Source of the DNA: Chiloscyllium plagiosum
Lineage: Eukaryota
Reading direction: 5' to 3'
Assembly (NCBI RefSeq): GCF_004010195.1
Contig: NC_057754.1
Coordinates: 3,469,634-3,533,511, forward strand
DNA length: 63,878 bases
The notes below the pieces were generated by a model. That model searched no databases. It was not told the DNA's origin and worked only from the letters and a program-made list of their open reading frames with translations. This document shows positions 1-12,702 of the stretch, piece after piece (positions within the stretch are counted from its first letter, which is position 1; each line of letters opens with the position of its first letter). The position numbers were made by a program, and so were the translations under genes.

Positions 1-3000
1 CTCCCCATTTTATTTCAAAAATGTGCTTTATTCATTACAAACCTGTGTGTATATATACATTGTCGCAAATGCAGCTTGGTTCTGTACAGTGGCATACCAA
101 GTAAACAAACATTTAAGATTGTGCTCTCCCAATAAACCAAAGGCATCTCTTAACCATACGAGACTATATTTACGTGCATTGAGGAAAGTGGGGCAGCAGT
201 TGCCCTGAGTTTGTGCATCCCTTCGCATGTAGCCTGAACCTTGAAATGTCGGTCTCTAACAGTTGGTAGAGGTCAACTCTTTACCTTGGGAGCCTGACAA
301 GTTTTGGGTAAGCTGAAAAGTCTCTATCGCCGGGGTGATGGTGTTGCTGTGCATGTGTATTGGATATAAGCAGGCAGGGAAAATTTAAGTTGAGTTTTGT
401 GAAACAAGAGGTTCAGCTGAGCATGACTCTGATAAGAACCTACAGTTAACAATTGGGTGCTGGAGGCAAGGGTAATCAGTTAACAAGGTGGAAACAGTCA
501 TTACGTAGAGCCATTTCACAATGTTGGAAGCATTCAGTATGTAGGGTCAGTTTAACAAGGTAAAAGGTGTTCAATGTGAAGCCAGCTAAGGTTAAGAACA
601 CGAATTGTGTAACAGCAGATGGCTTAATCTTTGCTATTGACACTCGCTGATTGTAATGGTCACCCAATCAATTTGTATGTTGCCTTATCTGGATGTTCCT
701 CTTGTCATATGACTATATAATTATTTGAGAAACTGCTGTTCCAGAGAGAAGACTGAGAACTCATGTCCCAGTGCACATGGGCGATCATTCTTTCCCTCCA
801 GGGTCTGGAATAACAATGTAGGTAAAACCAACTATGTCGGAGTGTTTTGTGGGAAGCAGGATGGCACTCTGGTGTAGTGTGTCCCAGGGAACAGCTTTAA
901 TGTCTGTCTCTTTCCAGATGTACTCCTAATAACCCTTCAGCCTCCCATAGATTCTGTTCGTTCTTGGTACCTGGGGAGTAACTGGGTCCCTCCCTCACTT
1001 CCTGTCACTTTTGTGACTCTGGAGGAAGCAGCTGAGACTCCTAATGTCTATCAGGATTGAGTGCGCTCTAGGGTCAGAAGTTGCCTGTGTTGCAAGCTTG
1101 TGTTTTCTCCCTGCCTCTACATGAAATGTCAGCTGGACCCTCCACCCTACTCTCTAACTGGCCTGGCGTTGCTACAGCTGGGGGAGGTGGGGGCTGGTTT
1201 GACCTGGTGGTTGCTGTTTTTTTAAAATTAGCGTGAGTCAGCCCCAGGGGGTTTGATTGAGTGGACATTTGTTTTAATTCTGGTTAGGAGAACGGTCAAA
1301 TCCAATGTGCCGAACACTGAGGACAGTTCTGATTGCTTCCACGTCTGCCCCAGCCAGTCATTTCCCACCCCGTTGTTTGTTGAGGCTTTCTCTGTTTCGG
1401 CCTTTACTTGTACTTCTGCACTTCCCAGGAAGCGTTCCAAAGCTTGCCATGCTCAGTGAAATATTTTTCGTCTGTCCTTTAAATAGCTGACCCCTTGTTT
1501 TGAAAGAGTGACCCCCTAATTCTTCCCACGCTTACATAGTGTCTCAATCCAGTCAAGATCCCAGCATGAACTTGCCTGTTTCAATTGAATGGCCTCTTAG
1601 TCATAATGTAAGTGGATGTGCACCTCAATTTCAGCGCCACCACCTTGGGGCACGCAATCTGTTGCTGGCATCAGTCTAATAAATTCTCAGAATTTGGTCA
1701 CAAACGGTTGCATTTCTTCAGTTCAGACATGGCAGTGTGTGCAGACACTGGAGGAGTCAGTGCCCTCCGTCCTTTCTGTCTACACTGCCCCCTTGTTGGG
1801 CACTGTGGGGTCAGGGTGCTGTGCATGAAGTTGCCTTGTCTCAGCACTGCCTTGTTACAGTCCAGAGCTGGCACATTGCCAACAGTTTGGTTTTGAGCAG
1901 GATGTGGGGAAGTGAAAAGATAAGTGAGCGGTGCCCTGTGATAACAGAGCAATTTTGGTATTTATTTATTTACAGGATGGGTGTCACTAGCTAGGGTTGG
2001 GGGGGGTGGAGGGGTATTGCCTATCCCCATGTGACCAGTGTTGTATGACTGCTAGCTGTGTCAATGGTGTGGTCAGCATGTTGGTGATGCCAGGCAAGCA
2101 GACAGCTTTTGTCCGGGTTAGGATCAAGCTGCATGTGTTTTTAGAAGGCAAATGTTCTGTCACTTTGACATGTGCCTTGTAGTTAGGGGAGTCAGGAAGT
2201 GATTCATTCATGGGGTCAGGGTGTCACTGGCTAGCCTAGCATTTAATGCCCATCACAAGTTCACTAAAGTCACCCACGTTGCTGTGGCTCGAGTTGCAGA
2301 CTAGACCAGGTAAGGATGGTAGCTTCCTTCCCTTGAGATTAGTGAACCAGATAATCGACAATGGATTCATGGTCATCATTAGATTCTTAATTCCAGGTTT
2401 TTAGTGAATTCAGATTCCACCATCTACAATGATTGGATATGATCTGAGATCTGCAGGACATGTCTGGATTGACAATCCAGTCATAATAGCACTAGACTGT
2501 TGTGTCCTTGTGTCAGTTATTGTAGGGTTCCCAATCTCGGAGCTGATCTTGTCAGTGTTTTAGCAAACCAGTTCCGTTTCTGGTGAATAGACACCCAGGA
2601 TATTGGTGGTGGGAGATTCAGTAAGGGCAGAGTCACTGTCGAGGGGCAGTGGTTGGGTTATCTTTTGTTGGTGATGCCCACTGTCCGCCACTTCTGTGGG
2701 GTGAACGTGACTTGCCACTGATCGGATGTTGTCTGATCTTTGAGCACGGATGGCTTGTCACTGGGAGTGTTGCATTTAAACGTCACTAACCACAACCATC
2801 TGTGCTGGCTGGAGAGGTTTCTCCTTGTACTTCCATCAGGGTCAGCTCTGTTAGACTGCCATGTGGGCAGTAACAAGGCCTTGGTTGTTGGTGTTGCATA
2901 TCCTGGCAGCGGCTGGCCTGTGTGTCAGGTGTTCCCATGTGAGCAGTGCAATGGAAGTGAACCATACCTCGCTGAGTAGCCAGTGTGAATTGCACAGTTG

Positions 3001-4060
3001 TCACTGTTAGGCCAATGATGAATCAGCAGGGATTTACTTTAATACCGCTTGAATAGTAGCAAGCTGTGAAGGAGGATGTGTAATGTAAACTATGAGCAAG
3101 ATTCCTTCCTGAACTACGGCACCTACCAAGAGGCAAGTTCCCTTGGTGTCTCCATTACGGTGCTGCTCTGGGCCCAGGGTGTGACGTACCCTCTGCCTAT
3201 GAAGCATAGGGCTGTGGAATTTTCTTGGATTGGTGGTGGGGTGTGGGTGGCTGGCTGCTGGGTCTTGTCTGACTTGGAAACACGAGTCCTGTCTGTATGG
3301 GAAGATGCTGGAAGCAGTGTGTACAGCATCCAGGAATTCCACCTCCTACCTGGGGGAAAAACCCTGCCTTGGGGATTTCATCCACTGAACTGGTGCTGAC
3401 TAATCATCAGCATGATTCTCCGGAGGTTTTCCTCCGGGAATCTCCGAGGCATGATGAGAATTCAGTGACATCCACACAGTGGAATGTACCAGCTGGATGC
3501 TGCTTCTCGAGCCCCTCATGGTCTGTCAATGAATCAGGACTCTGCTGCCTCTTGTACAGTGTCTTTTATTCCCCTGTCTTTTTAAAATCGGGGTGGGGCT
3601 GTGTTTTTGATAGCTGCTTGTGCCAGGAAGGGAGGTGTGCTCCCACTCCTCAGGAGATTTGATTGTGGGGCCCTAATGGCTGGGGAGAAAGTATTCCTGT
3701 TAGAGAAGTACAGCCGAAACGGGGCGCTATGGTCCAACCAGTCTGTGCTGACCACGTTCCCAAGCTAAACTAAGACTGAAAGTGAAAGGGTTCAGAGCTG
3801 AGGTGACTGACCTTTGTCAGCAATGATGACGTAACTTACCCCAACTTTCTTTTTCTCTCCCTCCCCCATCCTGCCCAAAAAACTCCATGGCTGAAATGTC
3901 TCTGGCTCTTTGGGTACTGACACAGCTCAAGTGAATTTGACAAGTTGGGGGGTGGGTGGGGGGGATTGAATTCTGTAGGGGGAAGGGGGCTACATGATAC
4001 CAGTGCAGAGATCCAGGGCTGTGATCCTGTAGAGTAATCATATTGATGGTTGTCACTAAA

Positions 4061-4176
4061 GAATCAAGGGCTTTTGCCTGAAATGTCGATCTCCCTGCTC
4101 CTCAGATGTTGCCTGACCTCTGTTTTTCCAGCACTATCATCTTGACTCTAATCTCCAACATCTGCAGTACTCACTT
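4061..4176 (+). mobile_element. Decayed PLE terminal repeat (same family as 41.9 kb and 61.5 kb)
   Basis: gaatc-[core missing]-aagggcttttgcctgaaatgtcgat...ccagca...ctccaacatctgcagt. Confidence 0.6.
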
Positions 4177-5983
4177 TATCACTAACGATGGGCTAGTGGG
4201 CTGGAGGGAGCTGTTGGTCTCAGAAATCAACTGTTTGTTTCGCTCATTTTTAAAAGATTAATTGTCGAGGGCAGGTTGCATGCCCTTGTGGCATTCCCTG
4301 TGAAGTGGGCCTTAAAGGAGCGATCTAATCAAGGTACTCAGGACAATTTGTGAACTTGATAGTGTCAAAGTATTTCCTGGTGTGGAGCAAGCCCAGAACA
4401 AAAGGGTGTGTATATAAAAAAAAATCACAATGGGAGGGTGATGTGAACCAGATAGTGGTAAAAGCCTGGAACTGTTGTCCTGAAGCTCACCTAGGGTTCA
4501 ACAAAGATTTGCCAACTGTTTTCATTATTCGGGGGGGGGGTTGGGAGGAGAGTTTGGAAAGGGATCAGCCCAATGGAATTGTGGATACCATCTGATCAGT
4601 GCGTGCTCTCTCTCTCTCTGCCTGGCTCTCCACCCTTTGACCAGCTCCTGACCTGGTTGAGAGCTGTAGCCCTGTGGGGGTCACCATCCAGAACCAATGA
4701 TTGGTTTAAATCACGGTGAGGGACTCACTGCCCCTGTCGCTGTTTGAAGTCGGGGAATGCGGGCATGTTATCAAGATCTGGAGGTAATTAGCTTGAAAGC
4801 TCCCGAGCCGGGGTGTAATCCCGTGGAGGGACCTGATCCTGTGAACTGCTCAGAAACAGGCAGCTTGCCACTTGCTGGAAATGTTTTCCATCTCTGATCC
4901 CCTGGAATGCAGCTGTTTTTTTCCATATATTAGCTTGGCAACGTGAACAGATTTGTGGCTGTTGTGGAAACGTGGCTGTTTGAGTCGGCACTCCACCCTG
5001 GGGCTGTTTCTCCGCTGAAGTGCTGGCTATCCATTGTACTGTTAGATTTGAAGAGATAGTAAATGGGGAGGCAACGCTGATTGATGAAGGGACTTGGTGC
5101 AGCAAGTGGAAAATTATGGCACTGGTCTGCCTTACTTTCCCACTCCCATCCCCTTCCCTTTCTCTTGACAGTACCCTCCCTCAATGCCTGCTGGTCAGTC
5201 CTCCATGTGAAAATCTCAACCATGGTCCCTTGAGGGTCCTATCCCCTCCCCTTTGCCAGTCCACAATCTTAGCACCGTTCCAGTTCTGACCTTGAGTAAG
5301 CATGCCTTAACTACCTGGGGCTGGGCTCGGAGTCCCTAAACTCTGCTGTTACGATGTTCCTGAAACAGACCTATTAGATTGAGCTTTCGATCACCTGTCT
5401 GTAGTGTTTCAACGTGCTTTTTAGTTTGTTACTCTGAAGCCAGTTGGCTTGCTGAATTTCATTGAAGGTGCTATATAAATGCAGGCTGTTGAGATAAGGA
5501 TGACCTTGCAGGGCTGTGTACATGTGCTAGCAATAGTTGCCAAAATCAGAAATTGCTGGAAAAGCTCAGGTCTGGTTGCATCAGTGGAGAGAAATGTTAG
5601 TGCCTTGGGTCGAGTGACCCTTGCTTGGGCTAACCTCTCTCCTAGGCCATGATGTGTTTAGCTCCTGTTCTCGCGCTAGTTAATGTGAGGTGGCAATCCC
5701 AACCACGTTATTGGTGTGTTAATCACTTCAGCTGGCTGTTTCAGGTCTGAGCGTCGGCCACTGTTACCACTTGGTTTGGACTCGGGATGGGGTGTGGCCC
5801 CGCCTGTCAGCTTGCTTTGGTCCTGAAATAGCTGGAGCTGGGAGGGGGCTGGTTCCTCAGCTGATGACCTGTAATAAACAGTGGAGTCTAGTCCTGGAGT
5901 GAATGTAGTGTACAGTATTTGATAAGATTATCAGCATTTCCATGGTTCTGACTTCTATCTTTTTTTGTTGTTTCCCTGCTCAG

Positions 5984-6081
5984 ATTTAACTGTGCACAGC
6001 TGCCAAACCCAGTCCTGGAGAGTATTAGCATCATTGATACTCCTGGCATCCTGTCTGGAGAGAAGCAGCGGATCAGCCGAG
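5984..6081 (+). CDS. EHD1: EHD1 coding exon 2 (98 nt; dynamin-like G domain, [32 protein letters not shown])
   Basis: Pyrimidine tract + CAG acceptor at 5981-5983, GTAAG donor at 6082. Translation contains the [19 protein letters not shown] motif, and the phase-1 end matches exon 3. Confidence 0.96.
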
Positions 6082-7254
6082 GTAAGGGCACTGCCAATGT
6101 GGCTCTATAATGGGGAGAGGAGCTGGTGGCCCACACCACCGCTTTAATGTGGGCTCAGAGGAAAACCCTCATGTTCTTAAATCCTGTTGAATAGGGAGTA
6201 GTTGGGGCTTTTTGTTACATTAATCAGGCACCTCCAACAGTCATGGGTTCTCAATTTATCCTGCTGCTCACAAGGGTTGGTTGTCGAATACACTCCAGTT
6301 GGGTGAGATGTTGCTGGGCAGAAATGAGCTGCCCAGCTTTTTTTGGTATGTTTAAGAAAAACACTTAAATTGTTTGCCGGAGAGTTTCTCAGACTGGTGC
6401 TTTAGAGTTGGTTGTAATTATCCACCTTGCCTGACTAATCAGTTAGTCTTGTCGCTAGTGATCATTCTGCAATCATTGCTCTGTTTCAGAACCCAGTGTG
6501 AGGTTGGCGTTTGTACATTCAGGTTGCTCGAGTCCCCTCTATACTCTGGTAGTACTGCAGGGTCGTGCTGAGATTCAATCGCAGAGGGACACGCTCTCCC
6601 AGCTGAGTGTCTCGGGCTGCCCCGCCCCTAATCTTCAAATAATGGCCTGAAATGGTCTTGTTTCTGCAGAGCAGTGAGTCATTCTTCAGTGTAGAAGCAG
6701 GCCCTTCAGTCCAACTTGTCCATGCTGACCAGATATCCTAACTTAATCTAGTCCCACTAATTCTTTCCTATTCATACACTGATCCAGATGCCTTTTTAAA
6801 TACTAATTGTACCAGTCTCCTCCACTTCCTCTGGCAGCTTATGCCCCACACACCACTGGGTGAAGAGTTTGCCCTTGAGTCCCTTAGTGCAGAGAGAACA
6901 CATAAGCCGGCTTGTGCAGTCACTAATGGATGGACTGCCTGTGCTGTGAACTTGCTGTCTCGCTGTGGTGGAGTGATAAGGTGACAACTGGCCCCTTCAT
7001 TTACTGTTTGACTGACTTTTTGCCTTGGTTATTTTGCTGCTCAGTGTTGCGTTCCCATCAGATTGCTTCCAAGACCCAAGTTCTAGCTGCACAATGTGAA
7101 CTGTCTTTGGCCTTGAGGCTGTACTGAGTGAGACTTGTTGTTTAGGTCGTGACTTTGTGTCTGGTGAAAGCAGCCTTGGGATAGTGTGCTTCAACACTGA
7201 CATACTGGCCCTTGTTCTGATCTGCCTGCCTGCGTGCATCATGGCCTCACCACT

Positions 7255-7630
7255 AAACATCCCAGAGAACATCTCTGGGACAGCCCCACCAATCAACCCC
7301 ACTGCCCTGTGCCTCGTCACTTTACCTCCCCCATCCCTCCCCCCGCTTGGCCAAGAGCATGCAACCTCAACCTCCACCACCAAACCCTAACCACCCAACA
7401 TCTGGAGGAAGTACACCTAATCCGCTGATCTTGTGTTTGGAGGGTCCTGAGGCAATGTTCGATTTCACCAGTTCTCTCGTTCTCCCACCCCCTACCTTAT
7501 CACAGGTCTAAACTTCCAACTTGGCATTGCCCTCATGACCTGTCCTACCTGCCCATCTTCCTTCCAACCTGTCTGCTCCCCCCTCCTCTCTGCCCTACCA
7601 CCATTACCCCCCACCTCCATCCACCTATCA
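7255..7630 (+). mobile_element. Decayed PLE endonuclease C-terminus and 3' region
   Basis: REHLWDSPTNQPH..V..HF.SP and LEEVHLI resemble REHLRDTRTNQP at 41.7 kb. Followed by a similar C-rich 3' region. Confidence 0.55.
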
Positions 7631-10600
7631 TATATAAGCGGGGGGAGGGGGGTGTTGTAGTAGTGTTTCCTGACTGTGGCCATCTCTGCCAGTGCAGCTC
7701 TCCTACAGTACTGTGTTCAAGTGTGCTTGTACAGCTGCTATAACCCCAGGCTGTAGCTACCTGACTGTCCAGATACACACATCTTCATCCAACCCGCCTG
7801 TGAAGTTGTTAAAAATCAATCTGGGGGTGATGGGGGTGGTGTCACTGTTTTCTTACACTCTATCCAGTTGGGGTGTGAAGAATCGCCCAGTGGTTTCTCT
7901 TGTGTTCAAGTGGCGAAGAGCTATCGAGACTCTGAACCTACCCTGTTGTGAAGTGAGCGTTGATGGAAATCTGGAGTTTCCCCTTCAGTCAGTAATTAGC
8001 GAGTAAGGAGGAAACAAGGCAGGCTTTGATAAGAACTGAAGTGATTCAAGTTTGGTCACAGTAACTAAGCTGCTCTTTGTTTGTGCATATCAGTCTGCTG
8101 CCATACTCCCGAGTTAGACTTCTGTCTATATTCCCCTTATCTCAGTAACTTTCTCTTTCCCTTGTTGGCTTTTTATGCTGGCTTTGCTTATGTTTTGTTG
8201 TGTTTGCCACTGTCAGATGTCGTGGGTGCTGGACGTCGTGGTGAGGTGTGATCATGGCACTCAATGGCAATTATCTGGGACCCTTCATCAAAAAAACACC
8301 CCTCCATTCTTGGCTGAGCCATTGCAGGGCTTCTCAGACTCTCTGGTTTCCAGGAAGCTGCCTGTGGGTGTCGGGAAGGTGGGGGGAAGCTGTGAATTGA
8401 GCACAGCGACCGGTTTCACTTGCCCAGAACTAGCTGGCCGTAGAGAGTATCCTGTCCACCTGTTCCTGTGGTGCGAACACCAGACTGCTACAGCCCTCTT
8501 GTATCTAATCCAGCCTTCCTTCCTGATGTTATAAAAGCCCATGGGTGGCAAGAGCAGGAATCTTTGGGGAATTCTCTTTGCATCACAGCTCAGGAGGATT
8601 TTTTTTGAGTGGGGGTGCTGCTTTCCATTGGCATTTTGACCCAGTTCTGACTTGATGGAATCCTGTACAGGTCTGAGGTACAGAAGCACTTTATCATTTT
8701 AATTTGTGCTTGGGTTTTCCTGCACACTGTCCATTAATTCACCTCTAGGTTGGTGAATAAGTAGCGCATTGAATGGGGTATTTCTCAGGCAATCTAACAG
8801 CTTAATGATCGGAGAATAGTATTTTATACCAGATTAATGAAGTTTAATCAGTAGGAATTGAAGTTGCTCCTGTTTTGTCCCTTACTGTGTTTTGAGAAAC
8901 TAGTTGTCTCTTTCTGTTCTTAGTGCGCCAGGTGCCAACAGTCCCCATTCAGAAAGTTTGGGGCTTTTGGCTTCGGTGATCTCAGCTGGTCAGGCTGCAC
9001 AAAGTGTTACAGCTTCATCCTTTCTGCTGCCTAGTTCCCTTTTTCCGTGACATTTAATTGCCTTTTTCTCTTGTCTCTCCCCTCTCTGCTGAAATGTGTT
9101 AACCGCACCTTCATTTCATTTAACGATACGCATGTAGCTTTTCAAATCTCTGCGTGGTGTCTGTGTCTCCCTCCAACAATGCACATCCCACTGCTTCACC
9201 TCTGCTTCCATGTGTGTCCCAGTTTTGAAACTTTGTCTACAAATTCCTCCTGTCTAAATCTTTCCTTTAACAGAGCCTCTTCTTTCCTCCTGTTCCAATA
9301 TCTTGCTGGGGTGCCACATTGTATCTTCTGACGCTATTTCTGATCTTTTAATTCGCTTGTCACATGTCTGATTGCAGGAAAACTGGCTTTTCACAAATGC
9401 TGCCTCACTCTCAGAAGCACTTTTGATGTGCCCTGGCTGTTGTAATGTAGGTGACAGTGATGCTCAATTTGCCCACAGCTAGCTCCCAATGACAGCAATA
9501 TGGTATGGCCAGATTTTATGATGTCAATTGAGGGCCAGAAAGTAGCCGCAGATGCTGGTGGGCACCTCTGCACCTTTTCAACAAAGTTTCCTTTGTTCCT
9601 GGCACAGTCTAGTGTTTAATTTCACAGGCAGCAGCTCCAGTAGTATCGCACCCCCTCTCCCCCGTCTCCCTACAGGGGGTGAATCTCTATCTGAAAGCTC
9701 AGCTGTTCATGTTCTGTGACAGTGGTCTCAACCTGTGCTGTTGGCTTTGGGGAGGGGCTATGGATGATGGGAAGGGGTTAGGGATACAGACTGTCCCCAT
9801 GAAGGAGCCTATTGTCGTGTGATGGTGGAGTGTGCCTGTCACTGAACTTCCCAGTGAGGAATGGTGTTGCTGTCTCACAGGGCTGCCATTGTTTGTAGTG
9901 TTTTGTTTGCAAAAGCTTTGTTTTTGGCCCAAAGGGACTGGAAACTGAGTCTGCATAAACTTGACATCAGGAAGCGTGGCCTGCGCTCTCTGGCCAGAGT
10001 GCTGATGAGATTAACCCTGATGTGAGGGAACAGGGGCATGTTCCATACATGTACCCCCATTCCTCCCTTATCCTTCCCACTGGGCCCTGCATTCCACCCC
10101 TAAATCTACAGGGTAGAGAGGGGATCAGCAGCGATCACTGTTCCCAGTCGGGGTGTGGCCTTGGCTGCAAGGGGTGTCTCTCAGATTTGCGTATTTCAAT
10201 GTAAGCTCTAACTTCTCCAATGGCATGGTGTGCAGGGCAGCGTTGATAATCTGGGTTCTGAATCATCCGAGTAAGATCAAGGTGCTAATGCTTGGGTAAA
10301 TCAGAGGCCAACGCAGAATGCTAGAGACATCCAACAGGTCTTTCTCTGTGGAGAGAGTAGGAGAGTTGACATAGTGTCTGGAATGATTCTTCAGAACTGA
10401 AGTTCTTGAAGTCATACCAAACTTGCTACATTAATGCTCCTCTCTCTCTCCCCGCACAGATGTCACCAGACCAGCAGAGTTTCCCCAGTGTCAGTCATTA
10501 CAGATTTCCGTGTCATGGTGTCTATCTTCTTTCTACTTGGGGTAGATGTGGAATTATCTGCGCCTGTCGGATCTGGGGAGGTTATAGGGAGATGAACACC

Positions 10601-10954
10601 CAGTGCCCTTGGAGGAATTGGAGCAGAATATACACTTACTGAAGCATTCACAGTCAGTGGGCACAGTGATGTGTGAATGTCAAGGATACTGGCCTCAAAG
10701 GCTTGGCCGTTGAGTCAGTTCTCTTGTGCCCTGTGTAGGGGGAGATTTGTACAGGCATTGTTATAGTGGGCACTCAGGGTAGGCATTGTCTGTAACCTCC
10801 CTATTCGGTGCCAGTCCTTGTAGTAATGCTGACACTTGATGAGAAGTCGACTAGCTGCCAGTCTTGGGGGTCACTGCATATCACTGGGAAATAGACTAGT
10901 GATATTGGGGAGGTGGGGGGGGGGGGGTGGGGGGGGGTGAGTGGAGAAACAGGT

Positions 10955-11180
10955 CGGATCTGTCCCTGAGTAATGCTAGGACAGACACTGCTGCTGGGCG
11001 GGTCTGTCCCTGAGTAACGCTGGGACAGACACTGCTGCTGGGCGGGTCTGTCCCTGAGTAACACTGGGGCAGACACTGCTAGGGGAGGGAACGGGTCTGT
11101 CCCTGAGTAATGCTAGGACAGACACTGCTGGGGGGATGGGTCTGTCCCTAAATGCTGTGGGGAACAGTACTGGTGAGGGC
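10955..11180. repeat. ~44-bp minisatellite, ~4-5 copies (gggtctgtccctgagtaacgctgggacagacactgctgctgggc)
   Basis: Units start at 10959 and 11003 (44-bp period). Confidence 0.85.
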
Positions 11181-12603
11181 AGGTCATATGGGATAAGTGT
11201 CTAATGCAAAGGCAACACAAGAATTGGTGTTAAAGGGGATACTTGTAACGACTATCAAGCACTCATTGCCTCTACTGCCTTCAGATTACTGACTAATGTC
11301 TGCTCTCTGTTAAAGTGGACAGTGTGGAAGGTACTGTACGGAGATACAGGAGGGTTGAGCTTTGTGTCCTGATGTATGTGGACAGTGCGGTTTTGCTCCA
11401 GAAGTGGGAGGTTGAGTCCTGTCCCATTCGAAGAAAACAATCCCTGCTTGTGTCAGCTCTGTGTCCGAGCTGAGAGCAATGCCAATACTGTGAAATTCCC
11501 CTGTCCAGGCCCATATGTACCCCTCAGTTATAACTCATGAGCCAATCCACTGCTTGTTGATGTAACCTTGCGAACTTGGTGTGAATTGGCTGCTGTCGTC
11601 TTCATGCAGTATTGTGATGCTAACTGTGTGGAAGGGGGTGGTGAGATAAGCAGTTCTTTGCCACAGCTCTGAGATGAACGATTTGCAATGCTGGGCTTTC
11701 CCCTTTATTCATAGCCATTCAAGGAAGGTGCTTTCCACCATTTGAGAAATCCCCATCCTGCAGTGGAGAGCATACCCAAATGGGATCTGCCTCTCAGCCG
11801 AGTGTTTGTCCAGAACGTGCACAGATGGCAGCTCATGCTCAGCAGTGTGTAAACACTGATTCCTTTTTAGCAGGGACTGGGTTTTTAAATCCGTTCCCCC
11901 ACCACCGCAAACTCCAGTCAGGATGTGCATTTGCAAGCGGGCTCCCTGACAGCAGTGATTGGCAGTTTTCCCACCGGTCAGTTGATTTCTGCAATTGCCG
12001 ATCCGGCAGACCTGGCATGTTCCAGAGACTGCGTTTGATACGGTTGGGTGTCGGCCTCTGTTTAAACGGCTGGCTCTGTGCCCAGCTTGCTTTGTTTTCC
12101 AGCCCACTGAGCACTTTCTGAAAGCCCTCATGTTTACAGACCCAGGCTAAGTAAGTGGTCACAGTGACAGTCCAGCATTTTCTGTGAACAGCACAAGACG
12201 TTCAACACTAAAGTGCTGCTCCGAGCAGCTCACCAGCTCCATAAAGGCTTGCATTCCATTGGATTTGTTGGCCTGTTGCTGGAATCTCTCTGGGAAAGGG
12301 AAATGTATATGCTGATTTATTCCCCTCCCACTTCCACTCTGTCCAAGAGAACCACCTCATGGTCTTGCCCCTTCACAGGTTTGCCTGTCTTGCTCGTGCA
12401 CCTCTGATTTCCTAGTCTCTCCTGTTTACCAATCTCCCCTGACTGACCTATTCCAGCCCTCTGCTGCTCCCTCTGTGACCACCTTGGGCTCCTTGTTCCC
12501 TCTTCCCCCACCCCCTTCCTTAAACCTACAGTTCTGGCACCTTGAGCTTCCCTCTGTTTCTGCTCCTATACTATTAGCAGCCCAGCAAGAGACAATTAAC
12601 ATT

Positions 12604-12702
12604 TGATTTTGCCTGTCCTCGGATGCTGCCTGAACTGCTGTGCTCTTCCAGCACCACTGATCCAGAATCTGGTTTCCAGCATCTGCAGTCATTGTTTTTA
12701 CC
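12604..12702 (+). mobile_element. PLE terminal repeat 3' part
   Basis: Near-identical to 41970-42033 and to the reverse complement of 41359-41400. Confidence 0.7.

Noticed and set aside
2500..3560. Possible coding exon cluster (many overlapping ORFs)
   Set aside because: No splice-consistent frame. It looks like a very old minus-strand LINE endonuclease remnant, too decayed to classify.
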